A DNA stretch of 64,000 bases from assembly GCA_964384235.1 (NCBI GenBank), contig CAYLJX010000001.1, forward strand, positions 22,792-86,791, written 5' to 3'. Below, piece after piece: positions 56,889-64,000 of this stretch (position 1 is its first letter; each line of letters begins with the position of its first letter). Origin of the DNA: an uncultured Bdellovibrionales bacterium (GTDB taxonomy: Bacteria > Patescibacteriota > Minisyncoccia > Moranbacterales > UBA1568). A model generated the notes under the pieces. It was not told where the DNA came from, ran no database searches, and saw nothing but the letters and a program-made list of their open reading frames with translations. The position numbers and the translations under genes were made by a program.

Positions 56889-57368
56889 ATGCGCATTTCC
56901 ATGATCGCGGCGGTGGCGAGGAAGAACCGTGCCATCGGCAAGGACAATCACCTTCTCTGGCACATCCCGGAGGATTTCAAGCACTTCAAGGACACGACGT
57001 CCGGCCACGCCATTATCATGGGGGAGAATACCTTCCACTCCATCGGCAAACCGCTTCCCAATCGCACCAATATCGTCCTCTCGCAGACGGACGGGTTCGC
57101 GCCCGAGGGAGTGGTGGTGGTCCGTTCCATCGACGAGGCACTTGAGGCAGCCAAAGAGTTCGAAGCGGAAGAAGTCTTCGTCTGCGGCGGTGCGAGCGTG
57201 TACAAGCAGTTTCTTCCGATGGTCGACCGCTTGTACCTCACGCTCGTCGAAGGCGACTTCGAAGCGGACACGTTTTTCCCGGACTACGGCGAGTTTACGA
57301 AGACGGTGAGCGAGACGAAGGGCGGGAACGATGAACATGATTTCAGTTTCGTGGTATTGGAGAAGTAA
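56889..57368 (+). CDS. folA: dihydrofolate reductase
   Basis: MRISMIAAVARNRAIGKDNHLLWHIPEDFKHFKDTT. ATG at 56889 rather than the tracked 56838. Confidence 0.9.
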   Translation: MRISMIAAVARKNRAIGKDNHLLWHIPEDFKHFKDTTSGHAIIMGENTFHSIGKPLPNRTNIVLSQTDGFAPEGVVVVRSIDEALEAAKEFEAEEVFVCGGASVYKQFLPMVDRLYLTLVEGDFEADTFFPDYGEFTKTVSETKGGNDEHDFSFVVLEK

Positions 57369-57389
57369 TGGAGTAATGTTGTAATTGAT

Positions 57390-57935
57390 ATGCAAAAAAT
57401 AGTTGCGGTACTAGGGATGCCGGGAAGTGGAAAGTCGGAGGCGATCGAATACCTCGTGAAGAAATACGGGTGGCCGAAGATTTATTTTGCCCAGCCGACA
57501 TTCGATGAGATGGAGCGGCGCGGACTGGAGCGCAATCAGGCGAATGAGCGACTTGTGCGGGAAGACCTGCGCAACCTCCATGGCGATGATTATTATGCCC
57601 AGGAAGCAGTGAAGAAAGTCGAGGCAATGTCGGAAGCGCCGATTATTCTACTCGAAAGCTTTTACAGTGCGCCGGAGTACCGCGTTTTCAAGGAGCGTTT
57701 CGGTGATGCCTTTACGACTATCGCGATCCATGCCCGGCCAAGCGTCCGTCATACCCGTCTTGCTACGCGTCCCGAGCGGCCGCTCAATGCGACCGAATCC
57801 ATCGAACGCGATTGGGCGCAACTGAATCGGCTTACCCAAGGGACCCCGATCGCTCTTTCGGATTTCATGATCATCAACGAAGGTTCGAAAGAAGAGCTGC
57901 AGCAGAAGCTCGATGAGGTCATTTCGAAATTGTAG
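57390..57935 (+). CDS. P-loop nucleotide kinase family protein (possible dNMP kinase)
   Basis: Walker A GMPGSGKSE. Sits in the dcd-thyA-folA neighbourhood. Confidence 0.5.
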   Translation: MQKIVAVLGMPGSGKSEAIEYLVKKYGWPKIYFAQPTFDEMERRGLERNQANERLVREDLRNLHGDDYYAQEAVKKVEAMSEAPIILLESFYSAPEYRVFKERFGDAFTTIAIHARPSVRHTRLATRPERPLNATESIERDWAQLNRLTQGTPIALSDFMIINEGSKEELQQKLDEVISKL

Positions 57936-57941
57936 TGTCTT

Positions 57942-59411
57942 ATGAAATATTTTCCCGTCATCGGAATGGAAGTACATGCGGAACTCAAGACCAGTTCCAA
58001 GATGTTTTGTCGCTGCAAGAACGGTCTCGGTCTGGAGAAGGAACCGAATGTCCATATCTGCCCGGTCTGTACCGGCCAGCCGGGAACGCTTCCCGTCCCG
58101 AACCGAGAGGCCATCGAAGCCGTGCAGAAAGCGGGTCTCGCGCTCAACTGTGGGCTTCGCCTCAAGTCGAAATTCGACCGCAAGAACTATTTCTATCCCG
58201 ACCTTCCGAAGGGGTACCAGATTTCCCAGTACGATGAGCCGTTCTGCGAGAAAGGGACGATCGAGATTGAGGGAAGAACATTCCGTATCACCCGTATCCA
58301 CCTCGAGGAGGACACGGGCAAATCGATGCACCCGACTGATGCGAACTACACGCAAGTCGACTTTAATCGTGCCGGCGTGCCCTTGATGGAGCTCGTCACC
58401 GAGCCGGACTTCTCGACGGGTAAGGAGGCGCGGGCGTTCTGTCAGAAGCTCCAGCAGATCCTCCGCTATCTCGAAGTCTCCGACGCGGACATGGAGAAGG
58501 GGCAGATGCGCTGTGAGGTGAACATCTCCCTTTACAAGGAGGGCGAGGAGCGCCTCTCCGGAACCAAAGTCGAGATCAAGAACCTCAACTCGTTCAAGGT
58601 GGTGGAGCGCGCCATCGATTACGAGATCAAGCGCCAGACGGAAGCGCTGGAAAACGGTGAGAAGATCGTCCAGGAGACGCGGGGCTGGGACGAGAACCGG
58701 GGCGCGACGGTTTCCCAGCGCAAGAAGGAATCCGCTCACGACTACCGGTATTTCCCCGAGCCGGATATCCCGCCTTTCGAATTCGACGAGGCGTATGTGG
58801 AGGGACTTCGGCAGACGCTCCCAGAACTGCCCGATGCCAAGGCGAAGCGCTTCGTCTCGGAGTACGCCTTGCCGGAAGCCGACGCGGCGACACTGACCCT
58901 TGAGAAGGATTTCGCGGCGTATTTCGAATCAGTCGTGAGCGAGCTTTCGGAAAAAGTGAAATCAAAAGAAGTGAACGCGCCCTTGGAGCGTGTGGCGAAG
59001 CTTGCGGCCAACTATATGCTCACGGAACTTCGCAAGTATCTCACCGAAGAAGGGAAGACCGTGGCGGAACTTCCCATCACGCCGGAAAATTTCGCGGAAC
59101 TCATCGGGATCGTGGCCGACGGCAAGATCAACTCGAGTGCGGCGCAGACCGTGCTCGCGGAAATGTACCGGGGCGGTGACAACGATCCCACGCACATCAT
59201 CGAGCGGCTCGACCTCGGGCAGGTCTCCGATACGGGAGCTCTCGAAGGAATGGTCGATGCAGTCCTTGCCGCCAATGAGAAATCCGTCACTGATTACAAA
59301 GCCGGCAAGGAAAATGCCCTCAAGTACCTCATGGGCCAGGTGATGAAGGAAACGAAGGGAAAAGCCAACCCCCAAGTGGTGTCAGAAATACTCCGAAAGA
59401 AATTGAGCTAA
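57942..59411 (+). CDS. gatB: Asp/Glu-tRNA amidotransferase subunit B
   Basis: MKYFPVIGMEVHAELKTSSKMFC is a classic GatB start. 489 aa. Confidence 0.95.
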   Translation: MKYFPVIGMEVHAELKTSSKMFCRCKNGLGLEKEPNVHICPVCTGQPGTLPVPNREAIEAVQKAGLALNCGLRLKSKFDRKNYFYPDLPKGYQISQYDEPFCEKGTIEIEGRTFRITRIHLEEDTGKSMHPTDANYTQVDFNRAGVPLMELVTEPDFSTGKEARAFCQKLQQILRYLEVSDADMEKGQMRCEVNISLYKEGEERLSGTKVEIKNLNSFKVVERAIDYEIKRQTEALENGEKIVQETRGWDENRGATVSQRKKESAHDYRYFPEPDIPPFEFDEAYVEGLRQTLPELPDAKAKRFVSEYALPEADAATLTLEKDFAAYFESVVSELSEKVKSKEVNAPLERVAKLAANYMLTELRKYLTEEGKTVAELPITPENFAELIGIVADGKINSSAAQTVLAEMYRGGDNDPTHIIERLDLGQVSDTGALEGMVDAVLAANEKSVTDYKAGKENALKYLMGQVMKETKGKANPQVVSEILRKKLS

Positions 59412-60358
59412 AGGAGTTTTTCAGCTTTGTTTGGGTTTTCTATCCAGTGGATAGAAGCGCCTTGCTTTTCCCACCGTCTAAGCCACGTGAGCTGACGCTT
59501 GGCATAGTGCCAGATTTCGTGCAAGAGTTTTTCGATCATCTCTTCGCGGGAAATTTTCTTTTGAAGGAAGAACGCGACGTATCGGTATTCGAGGCCGAAG
59601 CTTTCCAATCGTTTCCAGCTCAAACCTTCTTTCCGCAACCGTTCCACCTCCTCGATCATGCCTTCCCTAAGCCTCTTTTCAAGGCGTGTTTTGATGTTTT
59701 TTTGTAATGCTTCTTTCGGAGGGTTGAGGCAGATGATGACGGTATTTTTGTATCTTGTATCTTGTTTCTTGTATCTTGTGCTCGGGATTTTTCCGAGTGT
59801 TTCGACAATTTCCAACGCTCGTATCAATCGTACTTTGTTGTGTTGATCTATCGAGGCGGCTCGTTCAGGATCTTTCTTCTCAAGCATTTCAAAAAGTTCC
59901 AAAGCGGAAAGCTTGTTGAGTTTTTTTCGAAGCACCGGATCAGGTTTGACTGTGGGGAAGACACTGCCTTCGATGAGGGTCTGCGCCCAGAAACCGGTCC
60001 CGCCGCAGATGATGACTGTTTTTCCGCGTTTGCGGATATCCTGGATCGCCTTCTTGGCATCACGGACGAAGTGCGTCACGTTGTATGTCCGTTTGGGTGA
60101 CGCAACATCGAGGAGATGATGACGGATGCTATCGGAATAGAATTCATTTTTGTATCTTGTATCTTGTATCTTGTATCTTGTGGCAGGGTCTCGTGTCACC
60201 TTGCCGCTACCGATATCCATTCCGTGATAGACTTGCCGGCTGTCGGCGGAGATGATCTCACCGTCGTATTTCTTTGCTAGGGCAATGGCTAAATCCGACT
60301 TGCCGGAAGCCGTCGGTCCAACAATGATTATTATTTTGTTTTGATCGAGCTCCTTCAT
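59408..60358 (-). CDS. miaA: tRNA dimethylallyltransferase MiaA, with two repeat-encoded insertions
   Basis: P-loop GPTASGKS and ISADSRQVY. Contains TRYKIQDTRYKN and TRYKKQDTRYKN insertions encoded by TATCTTG heptamer arrays. Confidence 0.9.
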   Translation of the reverse strand: MKELDQNKIIIIVGPTASGKSDLAIALAKKYDGEIISADSRQVYHGMDIGSGKVTRDPATRYKIQDTRYKNEFYSDSIRHHLLDVASPKRTYNVTHFVRDAKKAIQDIRKRGKTVIICGGTGFWAQTLIEGSVFPTVKPDPVLRKKLNKLSALELFEMLEKKDPERAASIDQHNKVRLIRALEIVETLGKIPSTRYKKQDTRYKNTVIICLNPPKEALQKNIKTRLEKRLREGMIEEVERLRKEGLSWKRLESFGLEYRYVAFFLQKKISREEMIEKLLHEIWHYAKRQLTWLRRWEKQGASIHWIENPNKAEKLL

Positions 60359-60464
60359 TTCTTGATATTAATCCGTTTCAGTCGACAATAGAGAAGTATA
60401 GTGGGACTCGTATAAAGTATCTAGGAAAAGGACCATTCAAATACTTAATACTCAATACAAGATA

Positions 60465-63400
60465 CTAGATACGGGTTCCCGTCACTCCTTCGAGGGCCTG
60501 TATCCGTTCGAGGTGTTCCGGGGCGAGGGCGACGGAGAAAGTGGTCTCGATGACGGAGCCCTGGATCTTGACCGCGACCTTGATCGGACCGGCGGGCACG
60601 GTCTTGAGGAAATGCGAGAGATCGTTTACGATCTTGGGATTCTTTTCCGGAGCGAGACTGATGAGGAGTTTTCCGGAAGAGGAAGGAATGGAGGTAGAAA
60701 GGGAAGCCGCCGCCGCTTCGTTCTGTTCACGGAGGACCTGATTCTTTTCCCGGGTCGCCTCGATGCGGGCGAACTGATGAAGCGTATCGGGGGAGACACG
60801 CTCCAGGCTCTCGGCGACGCACTTGAGCATGCCGTCCTTGTGCGAGACGCGGGCGTCGACGATGACGACCTCGTCCGGGATCCACGATCCGTCAGTCTGT
60901 TCGGCGGTGCGGCCGAAGACAAGGAGTTCGATGCGTCCGGTCATGTCTTCGAGCGAGACGAAGAACATGGTACTGCCGTTCTTGGTGAGGACCTTGCGGA
61001 CGGCCGTGATGACTCCGCCAATACGGACCCGCGCGCTGTCAGGTTTCTTCTCGAGGTCATGGATGGGGACGGCGGTCTTGCCGAAGTAGGCCTGGTATTC
61101 GCTCGCGGGGTGGTCGCTCACGTACAATCCAAGGAGTTCCTTTTCCCAGCCGAGGCGCGTCTTCTTGTCGGCGGGGACGGCGGGGGAGAGCTGGATCTTG
61201 CTCTCCGGCATGGCCATGCCTCCGAAGAGGCTCGCGTGGTGCGTGTCGGCGATGGTCTTGAGGTTCTTGGCGTGGCGGAGGATGTCGTCGAGGCTTTCGA
61301 GGAGCTGGTTGCGCTCGCCGAAGTCTTCCAGGGCGCCGACTTTGGCGAGGGATTCGAGGGAGCGCTTGTTGAGATCCTTGGTCTGGACGCGTTCGATGAA
61401 GTCCTCGAGGCTTTTGAATTTCCCGCTTTCCTTGCGAACCTTCACGATCTCTTCGGCGCAGACAGAGCCGACGTTTTTGATGGCGTTCAATCCGAAACGG
61501 ATGCGCTCTTTTCCATCGTCGCCAATAATGACAGCAAATTCCTCGAAGCTTTCGTTGACGTTCGGTGGCAGGACCTCGAGACCGATCTCCCGGGCCTCGT
61601 GCACTTCGATGGCGATACGGTCGGTGTCGTGCTGGTCGGAAGTAAGGAGGGCGGCCATGAACTCGGCAGGATAATGCGCCTTGAGGTAGGCGGTCTGGTA
61701 GCCGATGAGGGCGTAGCAGGCGGCGTGGGAGCGGTTGAAACCGTAGCCGGCGAACGGTTCGATGAAGGCGAAGACCTGTTCGCCGATCTTTTTGCCGACA
61801 CCGGTTTTCACACAGCCCTCGATGAACTTTTCGCGCTGCTCGGCGACGAGTTCCTTGATTTTCTTGCCGACCGCTTTGCGGAGCACGTCCGCTTCACCCA
61901 GGGTGAAACCGGCCAAGTCACGGGCGATCTGCATGAGCTGTTCCTGATAGACGGCCACGCCGTAAGTGTTCTTGAGGATCGGTTCGAGCGTGGGGTGGAG
62001 GTACTCGACCTGCTTGGTGCCGTGCTTGCCGCCGATGAAGTCGGGAATGTATTCCATCGGACCCGGACGGTAGAGGGCGACCATGGCGATGATGTCCTCG
62101 AAGACGGTGGGTTTGAGTTGTTTCAAGTAGCGTTTCATGCCGCTCGATTCCAACTGGAAGACGCCGGTGGTGTGGGCATCCTGCAGGACCTTGAAGGCGG
62201 CCTCGTCGTCGAGGGGGAGGCGGCTCATGATGTCGGCGACGGTCGCGGTCTCGGCGTCCAACCCGAGTCTTTCCGTGAGCGGAGGAAGTTTCTTGAGGGC
62301 GCGCACGATGCGCAGGGTATTCTGGATGATGGTGAGGTTCTTGAGACCGAGGAAGTCCATCTTGAGGAGGCCGATTTTCTCAACGGCGTTGGCCTTGGTG
62401 CTGGCGGCGTACTGGGTGACGACGCCCTCACGGGATCCGGAGACGCGCTGCAAGGGCGTGTATTCAGTGACCGGGTCCTTGGTGATGACGACACCACAGG
62501 CGTGCATCGAGGCGTGGCGGGCCAGTCCTTCGATGGTCTGGGCCGCGTCGATGAGTTTCTTGGCGTCAGGATTCTTTTCGTAGTGCTGTTTGAATTCCGG
62601 GACTTCCTCGAGAGCCTTCTTGATCGAGGTGAACATCGGGATCATCTTGGCGGTCTGATCGCAGAGCGCCAAAGGGATGCCGAGCGCGCGGCCGACGTCG
62701 CGGATGGCGGCGCGGGCGGCCATCGTCCCGAAGGTGATGATCTGTGCGACGTGGTCGCTTCCGTATTTGCGTCGCACGTAGTCGAGCACCGCTTCGCGGC
62801 GATCGTCGGCGAAGTCCATATCGACATCGGGCATGGAGATACGTTCGGGATTGAGGAAGCGCTCGAAGAGGAGATCGTACTTGATCGGGTCGAGGTCGGT
62901 GATGCCGGTGAGATAGGCGACGAACGAGCCGGCGGCCGAACCGCGGCCCGGACCCACGATGACGCCGTTGTCCTTGGCCCAGTTGACGAAGTCCTGGACG
63001 ATCAAGAAGTATGAGGCGAAGCCGGTCTTTTCGATGACGGAGAGTTCGTAGTCGAGACGAGTATGCTGTTCGTCGGTGATGGTCTGTCCGGGGAAACGCT
63101 TGGCGAGGCCCTGTTCGCAGAGTTCACGGAGGTATCCGTCGGCTGTCTTGCCATCGGGCAGGGGGAAGGAGGGGAGGTGGTTCTCACCCATCTGGATCTT
63201 GACGTTACAGGCATCGGCGATTTTTTGGGTGTTTTCGATGGCTTCCGGGACGTCCTTGAAAATTTCCGCCATCTCTTCGGGGGAGCGAAGCGACAAGTCG
63301 AGGGCCTTCATGCTGAAACGCTCGGTATCGGTGACTTTCTTGTTGTCACGGATGCAGAGGAGAATATCCTGGACTTCCGCATCCTCTTTTTTGACATAGT

Positions 63401-64000
63401 GCACGTCGACCGCGGCGACGACCGGGATGCCGGTCTCACGGGAAAGCTGGATGAGGCCTTGGTTGGCGGCGACCTGGTTCTCGTTGTGGGTGTGCGGACC
63501 GAGCTCAAGATAAAAGTTCCCTTCGCCGAAGATGTCTTGGTATTCGAGAGCGACGTCCTTGGCGCGCTCGTAGTTGCCGTAGATCATCTCGGACGGCACC
63601 TCGCCCTGCATCGATCCGGAGAGCGCGATGAGGCCGTCGCGGTATTGCCGGAGGAGCGCCTTGTCCGCGCGGGCCTTGTAGTAGAAGCCTTCGAGCTGCG
63701 CGATCGAGATGATCTTCATGAGATTCTTGTAACCGGTCTCGTCTTTGGCGAGAAGGACGAGCTGGTGGCGCCGGCGGTCTTCGGTGGTATTGTTCTTGCT
63801 CCTCAGGTCCTTGGAAACGAAGATTTCGGCCCCGATGATGGCCTTGATCCCGTAGTCCTTGGCCTTGGAATAGAACTCGACCGCGCCGTACATGGCGGAG
63901 GTGTCGGTGATGGCAAGCGCGGTCATGCCGAGTTCCTGAGCGCGCTTCAAGAGGTCCTCCGGCTTGCCGAGGGCGGTGAGGAGCGAGTAGTGCGAGTGGA
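60465..64000 (-). CDS. dnaE: DNA polymerase III alpha subunit DnaE (5' end beyond window)
   Basis: The frame continues upstream of the tracked TTG at 63950 as ...HSHYSLLDGLTALGKPEDLLKRAQELGMTALAITD (PHP domain), so the gene is truncated by the window edge. Confidence 0.9.
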   Translation of the reverse strand, partial: HSHYSLLTALGKPEDLLKRAQELGMTALAITDTSAMYGAVEFYSKAKDYGIKAIIGAEIFVSKDLRSKNNTTEDRRRHQLVLLAKDETGYKNLMKIISIAQLEGFYYKARADKALLRQYRDGLIALSGSMQGEVPSEMIYGNYERAKDVALEYQDIFGEGNFYLELGPHTHNENQVAANQGLIQLSRETGIPVVAAVDVHYVKKEDAEVQDILLCIRDNKKVTDTERFSMKALDLSLRSPEEMAEIFKDVPEAIENTQKIADACNVKIQMGENHLPSFPLPDGKTADGYLRELCEQGLAKRFPGQTITDEQHTRLDYELSVIEKTGFASYFLIVQDFVNWAKDNGVIVGPGRGSAAGSFVAYLTGITDLDPIKYDLLFERFLNPERISMPDVDMDFADDRREAVLDYVRRKYGSDHVAQIITFGTMAARAAIRDVGRALGIPLALCDQTAKMIPMFTSIKKALEEVPEFKQHYEKNPDAKKLIDAAQTIEGLARHASMHACGVVITKDPVTEYTPLQRVSGSREGVVTQYAASTKANAVEKIGLLKMDFLGLKNLTIIQNTLRIVRALKKLPPLTERLGLDAETATVADIMSRLPLDDEAAFKVLQDAHTTGVFQLESSGMKRYLKQLKPTVFEDIIAMVALYRPGPMEYIPDFIGGKHGTKQVEYLHPTLEPILKNTYGVAVYQEQLMQIARDLAGFTLGEADVLRKAVGKKIKELVAEQREKFIEGCVKTGVGKKIGEQVFAFIEPFAGYGFNRSHAACYALIGYQTAYLKAHYPAEFMAALLTSDQHDTDRIAIEVHEAREIGLEVLPPNVNESFEEFAVIIGDDGKERIRFGLNAIKNVGSVCAEEIVKVRKESGKFKSLEDFIERVQTKDLNKRSLESLAKVGALEDFGERNQLLESLDDILRHAKNLKTIADTHHASLFGGMAMPESKIQLSPAVPADKKTRLGWEKELLGLYVSDHPASEYQAYFGKTAVPIHDLEKKPDSARVRIGGVITAVRKVLTKNGSTMFFVSLEDMTGRIELLVFGRTAEQTDGSWIPDEVVIVDARVSHKDGMLKCVAESLERVSPDTLHQFARIEATREKNQVLREQNEAAAASLSTSIPSSSGKLLISLAPEKNPKIVNDLSHFLKTVPAGPIKVAVKIQGSVIETTFSVALAPEHLERIQALEGVTGTRI

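Noticed and set aside
60513-63014. 833-aa plus-strand ORF antisense to dnaE
   Set aside because: Gly/Asp/Glu/Val low-complexity translation. dnaE on the minus strand has the conserved PHP and polymerase motifs.
63948-63950. Apparent start codon of dnaE
   Set aside because: It is a TTG internal to the PHP domain. The frame stays open to the window edge with recognisable upstream DnaE sequence, so the gene is truncated by the window.

Overview
This 64-kb window reads as a GC-rich (about 55-60%) small-genome bacterium; the gene content (GatCAB, DUF4383, ComFC, ClpC, a dense type IV pilus cluster) loosely suggests a CPR/Parcubacteria-like organism, but that is inference only. The backbone holds housekeeping genes: a class IV aminotransferase, an ABC exporter pair, msrA, an RRM RNA-binding protein, an HxlR-regulated nitroreductase, csaA, Nudix, a MATE exporter, comF, clpC, a complete type IV pilus cluster (pilMNO, pilB, pilT, pilC, three major-pilin paralogs, pilD, three pseudopilins), ligA, gatCAB, secE-nusG-rplK-rplA, dcd-thyA-folA, miaA and the 5' part of dnaE. 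There are five tRNAs. The striking feature is a roughly 17-kb AT-rich island (about 10710-27656) inserted immediately after tRNA-Ser(GCT). On its minus strand it encodes a large serine recombinase, a terminase large subunit, a TerS-like HTH protein and a ParB-DNA methyltransferase fusion, with no capsid or portal genes, so it looks satellite-like or like a degenerate prophage. On its plus strand it carries a co-directional seven-gene operon of unknown function. That operon contains a Schlafen-like AlbA_2 protein, a zinc-ribbon protein, a split Pnkp-like kinase and HAD phosphatase pair, and an 1177-aa protein that fuses a P-loop kinase, a Fic/Fido motif, a Nudix box and a nucleoside-phosphorylase-like domain. 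This operon is the best candidate in the window for an undescribed defense, anti-defense or toxin system. The island's right edge carries perfect palindromes with a TGAGACA core, long hairpins, and sequences resembling the tRNA 3' end (candidate attR). A second unusual signal is genome-wide heptanucleotide periodic repeat arrays, found at nine or more loci. They include inverted arrays between pilB and pilT, three in-frame arrays inside ligA and two inside miaA. Several long reported ORFs are antisense artefacts of GC-rich genes and were rejected.
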